From positions 10,788,001 to 10,852,000 of the forward strand of contig CATNEN010000039.1 of the NCBI GenBank assembly GCA_950097015.1: a DNA stretch of 64,000 nucleotides. The letters run 5' to 3'. The translations under genes and the position numbers were made by a program. The notes under the pieces were generated by a model. That model worked only from the letters and a program-made list of their open reading frames with translations. It did not search any database and was not told the DNA's origin. Origin of the DNA: Macrostomum hystrix. Lineage: Eukaryota > Animalia > Platyhelminthes. Shown in pieces: positions 49,442-62,252 of the stretch (position 1 is its first letter; every line of letters begins with the position of its first letter).

Positions 49442-49821
49442 AGCAGGCTTCTTAGTCTGAAGTCTTGTCAAACATGTAGGTTATAGTTTGTTGATGTTTG
49501 ATAGTTTATTTTTTCGGATTCATTGCGGCTAATATTTCGACAGATTTTCTTCGATTGCTACTCGCGGAGCTGCAAGTAGTACGGTTAGTGTATCTTTTTT
49601 TATCTAAAGCAACTTGCGTACCAAATTCTTTTCTTTGTGCTAAAATATGTTAAACTTTCGTGTGTTTTGCTTGCTGTTTTGTAGAAATTTTGAATATACT
49701 GTTTCATAAAAACCGTTGAATAGTCACTGGTTGCCTATGGCTACCTGAAAGTTAGCTTTATCTTACATTATTTCTCTTTTTAAGGTACGTTTTCTAAGCT
49801 TTTAGTGCAGGGTAAACGTTA

Positions 49822-50312
49822 ACTGCAGTTCACTAAAGTACAAGTGAAGGAGGGGCTGACTGCAGTTCACTAAAGTACAAGAGAAGGAGGGGCTGACTGC
49901 AGTTCGCTAAAGTACAAGTGAAGGAGGGGCTGACTGCAGTTCGCTAAAGTACAAGTGAAGGAGGGGCTGACTGCAGTTCGCTAAAGTACAAGTGAAGGAG
50001 GGGCTGACTGCAGTTCGCTAAAGTACAAGTGAAGGAGGGGCTGACTGCAGTTTGCTAAAGTACAAGTGAAGGAGGGGCTGACTGCAGTTCGCTAAAGTAC
50101 AAGTGAAGGAGGGGCTGACTGCAGTTCGCTAAAGTACAAGTGAAGGAGGGGCTGACTGCAGTTCGCTAAAGTACAAGTGAAGGAGGGGCTGACTGCAGTT
50201 CGCTAAAGTACAAGTGAAGGAGGGGCTGACTGCAGTTCGCTAAAGTACAAGTGAAGGAGGGGCTGACTGCAGTTCACTAAAGTACAAGTGAAGGAGGGGC
50301 TGACTGCAGTTC
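49822..50312. repeat. 37-bp minisatellite (~13 copies) just upstream of the REXO4 ATG
   Basis: (aaagtacaagtgaaggaggggctgactgcagttcgct)n. Confidence 0.95.
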
Positions 50313-50365
50313 ACAAACTTTTTGCTTCCAGTCTGCTTCGCACTCTGACAGATTCTGAACAGTTC

Positions 50366-51857
50366 ATGGCCAAGCAGCGAAAACGTGGTCAGAACTCCGG
50401 CTCCGGGATCGGCAGCCACGAGAAGGATCGGAAGTTTTTTCGGCATCACAAAAGCTCAGCCTCTCAGCAGAAGCTGAAGCAGCGGCGCCAGCAGCAGCAG
50501 CAGCAGCAGCGCACTTGCATCGGATTCTTTGCCGACTGTCGCCCAAATGTTCGACGCCAGAATGCCACCGGTGCCAAGTCAGTCGATGACGCCATTAAGA
50601 AGGCGGCCATTGTTGAAGAAATTCTTGGTGACAAAGGCGACGGTGTTGCTCCAGTGGCGCTCTCTCTGGCGAAGCCGGGTGCCACGGGTGAGGTGACGCG
50701 TCGTCTAGCGCTGGATTGCGAGTTTGTTGGTTCAGGCTATCAGGGCAAAGACAACATGCTGGCTAGGTAAGCTTTTTCATCTTTTTAACGCAATAGTTGT
50801 CACAGCAGTCACGTGATTTTCGCTGAACTCAATGTCGTTAGACTTAAGGTTTTTAAGCGTCAAGGATATACTTCTTCACTTCATGTGGTTAAATGGTCAC
50901 GCTCCTTTTGTGTGCGAGATCGCTTTCCACTTGTATCGACTGCCTATAACAATCTAACTCCGTGCTTCACTTCAAGGTCGTTTTTTTCTTTTAGTAAATG
51001 ACCTTTATTAATCACGATCTAGCCGTGTGCTTCAAGGTCGTTTCTTTTTTAGTACATGGCGTCTATCTATCACGACTTAGCCTTATGCTTCAAGGTAGTT
51101 TCTTCCTGTAAATACGTCTATGTTTCAAGGTCACTGAAAAGCTTTTTCTGACTATCTTCTGTCTGTTATTTGCCCATTTTTAGGACAAACCGGAAAAAAT
51201 GAAGTAAGATTTATTACAAGATACTGTGAATAGGGATGCAACAGAATCAAAGCTTGACACTTGAAGGTCAAACCGTTGCCTCACCCGCCCGGTCCCCCCA
51301 TCCGCAGAGTATCCATAGTAAACCAGTTTGGCAGCGTATTGCTGGACAAATACGTGAAACCCACTGAGCCAGTGACGGACTATCGCACCAGGGTTAGCGG
51401 CATCACGCCGCGAGTGTTGCAGGCTCGCGGTGAGCCATTCGCCGAGGTGCACGCCGAGGTTGCTAGACTATTGCGCAATCGCATTCTGATTGGTCACGCG
51501 GTGAAAAACGATTTGAAAGCGCTCCGGTTGGATCATCCGCGCGCCGAGACGCGGGACACGCAGACTTACCGACCGTTTCGGGCTCTGTTCAACGGCGGCA
51601 GGCCGGGCTTGAAGGCGCTGACGGAGCGGCTGCTTGGAAGGCGGATTCAGACCGGCCGGCACGACTCCGTGACAGATGCCCAAGCCACCATGCGGCTCTA
51701 CACCCTGGTGAAAAGACGCTGGGAGTCCGAGCTGAAGGCTGCCAAGGATGGCAGAATTAGATTGGCAACAGCAACTGCAGCAGCAGCACCAGAAGCAAAT
51801 GGAGGCCAAATTAGAAATAAAAAGAAACACACTACTGCAAAGTCGACTGATCAGTAG
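50366..51857 (+). CDS. REXO4: RNA exonuclease 4 (DEDDh), ~316 aa
   Basis: Exons 50366-50766 and 51308-51857 (phase 2). Basic N-terminus; LALDCEFVG, LARVSIVN, DKYVKP, VTDYRTRVSGI, GHAVKNDL, RDT, LKAL, HDSVTDAQATMRLY. Confidence 0.93.
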
Positions 51858-52371
51858 TCTATTTCGAAACTAGCATCTGTTTCATACATTATTTCAGACA
51901 TATAGTCGCATCAACAACTTGAGCAGAGAAAATAAAGCTTAAATCATGACGCCACCAATCAAATTCGCTTTGGCTGACTGCATTTGAGTGACGGCATTTA
52001 AAAATCGGCGAATTGTTTTATCACCTTTGTCTTTTCGAGATTCTGTTCTTTTAAAATATTTGTGTACCTACGTTAGTGTGGTAGGAAGGAAAATGGTCTA
52101 AAAGCTAGGAAATTGTTTGATAGTTTGATGGGGGTTCGTTTGGTGGAGCGTTAACCTTTCACTCAGCTCGAATCCGCTAAGAGACCACATTAACTTTTGG
52201 CGCAGCCGCGGAGAAAAGGCTTGAGCGTTTCTAGTGCGAATAACGACTACAAGAGCCAACCCCTATGGCACAGTGAGTGTCTTCTGACCATCGATGAGAA
52301 AGTCATGGGTTGTGTTCACCTGCTCTGTGTGTGTGTGCCTGTGTATTGATCCGTTAGTACGCCTATCTATC

Positions 52372-52630
52372 ATGATCTTACCGCGTGCTACAAGGTCGTT
52401 TCTTCCATTTAAAACATGGTGTCTATGTGTCACGCTCTAACCGCGTGCTACAAGGTCGTTTCTTCCATTTAAAACATGGTGTCTATGTGTCACGCTCTAA
52501 CCGCGTGCTACAAGGTCGTTTCTTCCATTTAAAACATGGTGTCTATGTGTCACGCCCCAACCGCGTTCTTGAAGGTCGTTTATTATATTTAATATAGGGC
52601 GCCAATATATCACGATCAACCTGCGTGCTT
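52372..52630. repeat. 60-bp tandem repeat (3 near-perfect copies plus diverged flanks)
   Basis: (ccgcgtgctacaaggtcgtttcttccatttaaaacatggtgtctatgtgtcacgctctaa)n; related copies lie in the REXO4 intron. Confidence 0.9.
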
Positions 52631-52924
52631 TATAGTCATTTCTTAGTTTTTAGTTTCAAGAATACGAATACTTGTTCTATACATTCTAGCATATGAGATC
52701 AGATGAAAATGAAAAATATGGTAATTCATTTCAGAAATAAATTGAAGTTTTACATTTATGAAAATCTCTACATCTAATTATTGTATGAGCATGCTATTGC
52801 TGCGCATTGGTTTGAAGGACAGTCAGAAAATCTTAGACTGATAAGTTAATTTCATGTATGCAAAGAAAGATTCCTGTAGCTGTGATTGGACTAGCCAATG
52901 CAAAGGTGCAAAGGCGATCTTCGT

Positions 52925-54870
52925 TCACAGCAGACCCATCAGGCTTAGAAGTTCCTTGCCTTTGGCTGAGCGAAGCGCACTTTTAAACTCCTGCTGGCTG
53001 AGCTTGTCTTTGCGGCCCTGCAGAGTTAATTTAGCGTGGTTGGTGGACCAACAGGTGTGTTAGCGAGAAAATAAGTGTACAGTCAGTGTACACTCTCCCA
53101 GTGCCTTGGGGTGGGCCCTCAAGTTGCACTACAAGCCACCGAGCCTTCCCTCCGCGGCTGCGTCCAAAATTAGGGTGACCTCACCGCGGATTCAAGCTCA
53201 GGGTAAAGGTAGTCCGGAGGTCCTGTTGAGAATGCTGCAAAGACCTAGAAGCTTACCTCAGCCAGGTCGGCGAATACTGTCTTCATGTTGGTGAGGCTCG
53301 CTCGTTTAGCCAGCTTTATTCTAGCAGCCGCGTCCACCGCCTTGTGCAGCTCGCTGTAGCTGATCTTGTCGTCCTTGTCGAAGTCAACCATCTTGAAGAT
53401 GTCTGAAGATAAAGAGGACTTATTATCGATCTTTCACATTGAACAACTATCTTGTAATTAACTTGTATAGCACCTGCACCCACAGCCTTCCCTGCAAATA
53501 TTATGCAGCCTTGCTTCACTAGCTAACTCACTGTCAATCTTCTCCTCGCTAGTAAGCTTTGAATGGTAGATCATGGCTATGGAGAACTCATAGAAGTCGA
53601 TCACCTGGTTGCCGTCCAGGTCTAGCATGTTGAACACCGTGTTCCAAGCCTCTCTTCGCTCTCTGCGATTCAGAGAAAGTTTATGGAATTTACTTTGCGG
53701 CTTTGTGAAGCTTGAAAGAGTGAAAACATGTGTGATTATGAACTCTTTTAAAATCCTTGGACATTGTGGAATTCGGGAAAATGTAAACTTTTCCGAAACT
53801 TTTATGTTGACCTAAAGAGCTATTGTACCGAAGGCGAGCTGCGATTGGCGTAAAGTGGTTGTACGCCCTAACTCACACAAGATCTATTTAGAAAGCAAAT
53901 CTCCTATTTTTATTGGTACCTAGCCCGATTGAGCCAAAGCAACAGCCAATGGCACTTGTCCATGGACAAGGGGTCCACCTTATCCACCCGAATCAACTGC
54001 GGCTTACTTGCTAGTCTCGCCCATTCGACTGACATACTGATGAAACTCTTCGCGGGTGATGGAGCTGCCGCAGCCGAGATCGACAAACGATTTAAGCAGC
54101 TCCTTGGTGGTCTGGGATGACACTGAAGCGGTTTAATAGATTCGGAGGGTTCGATATTATAAGACAGTTTTGTTAGAATATAGATCAGTAGGTCAGGCTT
54201 GCACTTTTGAAATTGAAGAGGCCTATTGGAGGAGTGACTGAGTGAGTGAGAAGGGCTACGTGAAATGGCAAATCATTTGGTGACACTAGACCCATAGCCA
54301 GCGAGGGGCAATACTGCCCATTTCACTGACTCCTGAGCACACACGCACACAGATACCGTACGCAGGCACACGCTCATACAGGTGTGTACAACTGCCCTGA
54401 CTTACTCATGGAATACTCAGAGTCTACACTCTCACTGTCTTGTTGGTTGGCCCTCAAGGGCGTAAATTGCACGACAAGCTCCCACGCCTTCTCTCTGCTG
54501 CTGCACCCCAAATGATTGTGGCCTCGGCGAGAAATCGAGCTCATGGACCTTGGTGCGAGAGGCAAACGCGTTAACCGCTCTGCCACTCACCCCCTTCGGA
54601 GAGGTAGATTACGAGATTACGAGGAGTAGATTAGGAGGGGTAGGCTTGGAGGGGTAGATTTGGAGGGGTAGATTAGGAGGGGTAGATTTGGAGGGGTAGA
54701 TTAGGAGGGGTAGACTGGAGTTCTGGAGTTCTTGAGATGCACTTTTTTCCTATCTGATATTCATTTGTTTGATCAATCAAATACTGAGACAGCCAGTTCG
54801 CATGTTGAGACTTACAGTTGAGCATCTTGCTGACTTTGTCAATTTCCTCCTTGGAAACGTTGGTTCCCAT
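52925..54870 (-). CDS. N-myristoylated EF-hand calcium sensor (NCS/recoverin- or calcineurin-B-like), ~179 aa
   Basis: Exons (minus) 54870-54816, 54122-54008, 53662-53532, 53402-53257, 53017-52925, phase-consistent. MGTNVSK fits MGxxxS. EF loops DLDGNQVIDFYE and DFDKDDKISYSE; linker EEKIDNIFKMVD; degenerate EF1 (ITREEF) and EF4 (LSQQEF). Confidence 0.88.
54600..54715. repeat. Short G-rich repeat in NCS-like intron 1
   Basis: (ggaggggtagatta)n. Confidence 0.75.
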
Positions 54871-55365
54871 TTCTTCAAGTCTTGTCTGTTATGCTTGAAA
54901 GTCCTGTGTGAAAACGGCAAAGCTGATAGCAAAAGAAGAATTTATTAGTTCAAGTTTTGCCTGCCTGCCACTTTTGGCAAAGCAGAATGAAGCCATTAAT
55001 ATACAGCCATGGTAGCTGAGGCAGAGTGAGAGGGATAGAACAATATACACCAGGTAAGTCTGTGAGCACTGCTCAATCCCTACCCGAGCAGTATACTTAG
55101 CAGCATTCACTGCTAGCTGCACTGAGTGAGAGCACTGGTTGCCTGTACGAGCTAGTATCCATGCATTGTGTCAGGCCAACCCACTGCCCCACCTTCACTG
55201 CATATCTGTTCAGCACTGTACGCTTAGCAATAATAATTCGGTGAAGAAGTAATAAAACGACAGTAAACTAGAATTTGTTGTTTTATTGTACTTTTATCCA
55301 CGGCTTCCACTGTTTCATCCTAAAAATGCACTCATTTAAGGCAAGAGTGAATTAAACTGCAAATA

Positions 55366-55957
55366 GATGCATTGAAGGGAGCTGCAGTCACTCTGGATGC
55401 AGTGAAGGGAGCTGCAGTCACTCTGGATGCAGTGAAGGGAGCTGCAGTCACTCTGGATGCAGTGAAGGGAGCTGCAGTCACTCTGGATGCAGTGAAGGGA
55501 GCTGCAGTCACTCTGGATGCAGTGAAGGGAGCTGCAGTCACTCTGGATGCAGTGAAGGGAGCTGCAGTCACTCTGGATGCAGTGAAGGGAGCTGCAGTCA
55601 CTCTGGATGCAGTGAAGGGAGCTGCAGTCACTCTGGATGCATTGAAGGGATGCTGCAGTCACTCTGGATGCAGTGAAGGGAGCTGCAGTCACTCTGGATG
55701 CAGTGATGGGAGCTGCAGTCACTCTGGATGCAGTGAAGGGAGCTGCAATCACTCTGGATGCAGTGAAGGGAGCTGCAATCACTCTGGATGCAGTGAAGGG
55801 AGCTGCAATCACTCTGGATGCAGTGAAGGGAGCTGCAGTCACTCTGGATGCAGTGAAGGGAGCTGCAGTCACTCTGGATGCAGTGAAGGGAGCTGCAGTC
55901 ACTCTGGATGCAGTGAAGGGAGCTGCAGTCACTCTGGATGCAGTGAAGGGAGCTGCT
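55366..55957. repeat. 30-bp minisatellite (~20 copies)
   Basis: (gatgcagtgaagggagctgcagtcactctg)n. Confidence 0.95.
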
Positions 55958-56712
55958 ATTCTTTTCTCTAGGCCTGCCTGCCTAACTGTCTAATCGTTAG
56001 GCCTGAGTAGAGGTGAGATCAGTAGGCCTCACGTGAGGTCGAACTGGTGAGCAAGCAGTTCAACAATTTCCCTCTTTCTCCAAAAAGAACAGGTAACGGA
56101 AAGTGTGTCTTGCAGAGCAAAAATTGCTGGGTTTCCAGCTGCTTCCGCCCAATAATTGCGGGAAAACAGAAAAAATCTAATTTTGCATTTTTCACCCAGG
56201 AGGGATGGGAAAAATACACGGAAAGAAAAAGGAAGAAAGCTGTAAACAATTTTCTTTTCGCTGTTAAGTTTCTTTTGCGCCATTTTTCTAGTTTGTTTGT
56301 CCATCAGAGGCGAAAAAAGTCAGACTCAAAGGCTAGAAATGATTTGCGCAAATAATCTGACACCTTTGACCGTGTGTCTGCAGCGGACTAACGCCCCACT
56401 GAAGCCAGGTAATTGTCGGCCAATTTTCGGACGCCACGCGGGCCAAAGCCGTATCGAGTTTCACTCGCGGCCTGCGATATTCAAACAGCAGCTGCAGATA
56501 AAATGATGATTGAGGCCAGGAGCAAAAGGAAAAAATATTCGCGAAAAATAGGGAAGGATTGAGAAAAATTTCCCTTTGAGAGCGGCCCACGCAAATCAGC
56601 AGCGAAAGCGGAACAATTAAAAACGCCAGCCATGAGTGACACTTTTGCTTGATTATAAACTTCAATATTTTTCACAGATCTCACTTGTGATAAACTTGTA
56701 AACTTTTCCCTC

Positions 56713-58078
56713 CCTCTCCATGTCATTCCCTCACTCTCCATCTCATTCCCTCACTCTTTATCTCATTCCCTCACTCTCCATCTCATTCCCTCACTCTCCA
56801 TCTCATTCCCTCACTCTTTATCTCATTCCCTCACTCTCCATGTCATTCCCTCACTCTCCATGTCATTCCCTAACTCTCAATGTCATTCCCTCACTCTCCA
56901 TCTTATTCCCTCACTCTCCATCTCATTCCCTCACTCTCCATGTCATTCCCTCACTCTCCATGTCATTCCCTCACTCTCCATCTCATTCCCTTACTCTCCA
57001 TCTCATTCCCTCACTCTCCATCTCATTCCCTTACTCTCCATCTCATTCCCTCACTCTCCATCTCATTCCCTGACTCTCCATCTCATTCCCTCACTCTCCA
57101 TCTCATTCCCTCACTCTCCATCTCATTCCCTTACTCTCCATCTCATTCCCTCACTCTCCATCTCATTCCCTCACTCTCCATCTCATTCCCTCACTCTTTA
57201 TCTCATTCTCTCACTCTCCATGTCATTCCCTAACTCTCCATGTCATTCCCTCACTCTCCATCTCATTCCCTCACTCTCCATGTCATTCTCTCACTCTCCA
57301 TGTCATTCCCTAACTCTCCATGTCATTCCCTCACTCTCCATCTCATTCCCTCACTCTCCATCTCATTCCCTCACTCTCCATCTCATTCCCTTACTCTCCA
57401 TCTCATTCCCTCACTCTTTATCTCATTCCCTAACTCTCCATGTCATTCCCTCACTCTCCATCTCATTCCCTCACTCTCCATCTTATTCCCTCACTCTCCA
57501 TCTCATTCCCTCACTCTCCATGTCATTCCCTTACTCTCCATCTCATTCCCTTACTCTCCATCTCATTCCCTTACTCTCCATCTCATTCCCTTACTCTCCA
57601 TCTCATTCCCTTACTCTCCATCTCATTCCCTCACTCTTTATCTCATTCCCTCACTCTTTATCTCATTCCCTCACTCTCCATCTCATTCCCTCACTCTCCA
57701 TCTCATTCCCTCACTCTCCATCTCATTCCCTCACTCTCCATCTCATTCCCTCACTCTCCATCTCATTCCCTCACTCTTTATCTCATTCCCTCACTCTCCA
57801 TCTCATTCCCTCACTCTCCATCTCATTCCCTCACTCTCCATCTCATTCCCTCACTCTCCATCTCATTCCCTCACTCTCCATCTCATTCCCTCACTCTCCA
57901 TCTCATTCCCTCACTCTCCATCTCATTCCCTCACTCTCCATCTCATTCCCTCACTCTTTATCTCATTCCCTCACTCTCCATCTCATTCCCTCACTCTCCA
58001 TCTCATTCCCTCACTCTCCATCTCATTCCCTCACTCTCCATCTCATTCCCTCACTCTCCATCTCATTCCCTCACTCTC
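56713..58078. repeat. 20-bp pyrimidine-rich satellite (~68 copies) between the divergent NCS-like and Dlx genes
   Basis: (tctcattccctcactctcca)n. Confidence 0.95.
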
Positions 58079-58191
58079 ACTGTCAATTTGTCCCACCGAA
58101 TGTGAGAGAATCCCGGTCCCATTCCAAAATTCTTAGAAGCAAATGTTAAATTTGGCGGGCAGGCGCATCGTTTTCTTCTCGCATGCCGGTC

Positions 58192-58290
58192 GCAGCCAAT
58201 GGGAACTGACTGCGTGAAGTGATGGCGGCGATTGATAGGCATGAATTCGCACCATCTCCGCCTCCGGTCGAGCCCGCCATTATTTAAGCA
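58192..58290 (+). promoter_or_regulatory. Candidate Dlx core promoter
   Basis: CCAAT box (gcagccaatgg, ~58192-58202) and TATA-like tatttaag (~58281), about 85 bp before the ATG. Confidence 0.35.
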
Positions 58291-58365
58291 GCATCAGCAG
58301 CAGCAGCGAAAGATCGCTAAACAGTTTCGACTTTAGGTAAATTTTATAACACTCTAATTAACAGA

Positions 58366-61300
58366 ATGTCAACACCAGGAGACAACGATATTTTCGGTTA
58401 CAATAGTGAAGCATATCAGTACTATAGCATTTTTCATCAGCATCAGCAGCAGCAGCAGGACTTGGCGTCCCACTATGCCTTGAAATCAGATCGAGATTTA
58501 GGTCAGCCGAGTCTGATGCGGTTTGAAAATTATCTAAATATGGAGGGTCAATTGCCAATCGAGCAGCAGCAGCATCAGTATCAGCAACAGCATCAGCATC
58601 AGCATCAGCATCAGCAGCATCAGCAGCAGCAGCAGCTAGAGAACATCCATGGAAGCGGCTGTGGATACAACTTCTGTGCGCCTTCCGCTTCGCTGGAAGA
58701 TAACTTTGTCGGTGAGGGTTCTTGTGCATCAGTATTCACTTATGCAATTCGATTCCCACCTGATTCCTGTAGATAATCCTCAGTTCCTACTTGATAATTT
58801 TCAGTCCCTAAACTGAAGATTTTGGAACTCGATAGTCCTCATGGACTCAATATTCCATATGGACATGATAATCCTAATTTCCTACTAAATAATCCTCAGT
58901 TCAAACTTGATAATCCTCGATTCCTACTATATAATCCTCGATTCCAACTTGATAATCCTCGATTCCTACTTGATAATCCTCATTTCGAAATCGATAATCC
59001 TCAGCTCCATCTAGATAATCCCCAGTTCCAACTAGATAATCTTCAGCTCCAACTAGATAATCCTCAGTTCCTACCTGATAACCCCCAGTTCCTACTTGAT
59101 AATCCTCAGCTTCTACTTTATAATTCCCTGTTTCTACTTCATAAATCCCCTGGTCCTTCTTGATAATCCTCCGTTTCTACTAGACAATCCTGAGCTCCTT
59201 CTTTAGATAATCGTTAGATAATCCGCAGACAATCCGCAGACAATACGCAGACAGTCCGCAGACAATCCGCAGACAGTCCGCAGAGAGTCCACAGACAGTC
59301 CGCAAACAGTCCGCAGACAGTCCGCATAAAATCCCGCCCTTTCTGCCCAGAAAAAACCTTTTAGTTTTCAATTAGTGTCAGACAGCTGGCATTCTCAAGA
59401 CTAACTTGAGCTCAATTGAGTTTTTCCGTTGCAGCCAACCGGACCAGCTCGGCCGGCACCCTGGACCCTCAGCTTGCCTGCCCGAACGAAGACCCGGACG
59501 ACACCGATGCCACCGATGACGACCAGCTGAAGTCCAGGAAGCCGCGTACAATCTACACCCAGGCTCAGCTGCAGCAGTTAAATCGCAGCTACCAGAAGGC
59601 GCAGTACCTTTCACTGGCTGAGAGGGCTGAATTGGCCAGCATCCTGGGTCTAACCCAGACCCAAGTAAGGCCTATGCTAACCTACGAGTATAAGCTACTT
59701 GCAGTAGCATTCGCGTGTGTGAGCGTGGAACCCGGCTAAATAAACTGGATGGGGCTTTGAAACATACACCCTATTCTGTGACTGTGACACATCAGGTAAG
59801 CGAAATAGAAAATAAACTGCGACAGACCGTTAGTTGCTTGTGATAACTGATTTCAGCAGCGTCTTAAACAGGTGAGTGATGCCTGTAACAGGTAGGATTG
59901 ATGGATGACTGTAACAGGTAGGATTGATGAATGACTGTAACAGGTAGGATTGATGGATGACTGTAACAGGTAGGATTGATGAATGACTGTAACAGGTAGG
60001 ATTGATGGATGACTGTAACAGGTAGGATTGATGAATGACTGTAACAGGTAGGATTGATGGATGACTGTAACAGGTAGGATTGATGGATGTCTGTAACAGG
60101 TAGGATTGATGAATGACTGTAACAGGTAGGATTGATGAATGACTGTAACAGGTAGGATTGATGGATGTCTGTAACAGGTAGGATTGATGAATGACTGTAA
60201 GAGGTCGGATTGATGGATGTCTGTAACAGGTAGGATTGATGGATGTCTGTAACAGGTAGGATTGATGGATGACTGCAACAGGTAGGATTGATGGATGACT
60301 GTAACAGGTAGGATTGATGGATGTCTGTAACAGGTAGGATTGATGAATGTCTGTAACAGGTAGGATTGATGAATGTCTGTAACAGGTAGGCTTGATGGAT
60401 GACTGTAACAGGTAGGATTGATGAATGACTGTAACAGGTAGGATTGATGGATGTCTGTAACAGGTAGGATTGATGAATGACTGTAAGAGGTCGGATTGAT
60501 GGATGTCTGTAACAGGTAGGATTGATGGATGTCTGTAACAGGTAGGATTGATGGATGACTGCAACAGGTAGGATTGATGGATGACTGTAACAGGTAGGAT
60601 TGATGGATGTCTGTAACAGGTAGGATTGATGAATGTCTGTAACAGGTAGGATTGATAAATGTCTGTAACAGGTAGGATTGATGGATGACTGTAACAGGTA
60701 GGATTGATGAATGACTGTAACAGGTAGGATTGATGGATGTCTGTAACAGGTAGGATTGATGAATGACTGTAAGAGGTCGGATTGATGGATGTCTGTAACA
60801 GGTAGGATTGATGGATGTCTGTAACAGGAGGTAGGAAATCACAAATGTCTGTAACAGGAGGTAGGATTGATGGATGACTGCAACAGGTAGGATTGATGGA
60901 TGACTGTAACAGGTAGGATTGATGGATGTCTGTAACAGGTAGGATTGATGAATGTCTGTAACAGGTAGGATTGATGAATGTCTGTAACAGGTAGGATTGA
61001 TGGATGACTGTAACAGGTAGGATTGATGAATGACTGTAACAGGTAGGTTTGATTGATGACTGTAACAGCTGTAGGATTGATGAATGACTGTAACAGGTAG
61101 GATTGATGAATGTCTGTAACAGCTGTAGGATTGATGAATGACTGTAACAGGTAGGATTTATGAATGACTGTAACAGGTAGGATTTATGAATGACTGTAGC
61201 AGGTAGGATTTATGGATGACTGCAACAGGTAGGATTGATGGATGTCTGTAACAGGAGGTCAGTCTGTAACAGGAGGTCAGTCTGTATCAGGAGGTCAGTC

Positions 61301-62211
61301 TGCAACATGAGATCAGTCTGTAACAGGAGGTCAGTCTGTAACAGGAGGTCAACCTGTAACAGGAGGTCAGTCTGTAACAGGAGGTCAGTCTGTAACAGGA
61401 GGTCAGTCTGTAACAGGAGGTCAGTCTGTAACAGGAGGTCAGTCTGTAACAGGAGGTCAACCTGTAACAGGAGGTCAGTCTGTAACAGGAGGTCAGTCTG
61501 TAACAGGAGGTCAGTCTGTAACAGGGGCCAATCACAAAGGACAGTCACATATCAAATTCCAATCAATGTACTCAAGTCTCAAAGATTTCCTAGAAAGTAA
61601 TAATTCATAATTTCGAGTACCATGCTCACACATCGCCTGCTGCGCGTTTTCAGGAATTGTGAAGCACAAATTATAGTGACAATCAACAGTTCAACAGTTG
61701 TTGCCAAACGAGACCTTAATATTAAAAGTGTACTGTCCGTGAATGAAAACAGTTTTGTTGAATTGAATGCCACTAAGTGTTGCTTATTTGTTCCATTAAA
61801 ACTCCCGTCCTAATAAATATCGGGTGCCAATAGCTAGATATGATTGCAATGCGAGGATGTGACTATGTACCGAGTATTTTGTTATACTGTGTCACCTATC
61901 ACTGTATAGAGTGTTGATTTTTTCATCAATAGCAACGTGGAGTCCTGCCCTAGTAAAAAAAAAATGTTTTGCGCTATTTTAACGCATTTTATACCCAAAA
62001 ATGCTGATTAATTCCCGTTCACATGTCGCACTCTGCCGCAGTCACTGTTCGCAGCCATTTGTTATCGTGTTGATTCAGCGACACATTTATGAATGTACTA
62101 GACTAGTGTCCACAAAACTTTTCTACCCGAAAATAACAATTTTCAGGTGAAAATCTGGTTTCAGAATAAGCGATCCAAGTGCAAGAAATATGTCAGACAG
62201 CATGAGCAGCA

Positions 62212-62252
<41 letters not shown>

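Noticed and set aside
56720-60842. SFPHSPSHSL and PTCYSHPS repeat ORFs
   Set aside because: Translations of the 20-bp and 26-bp satellites.
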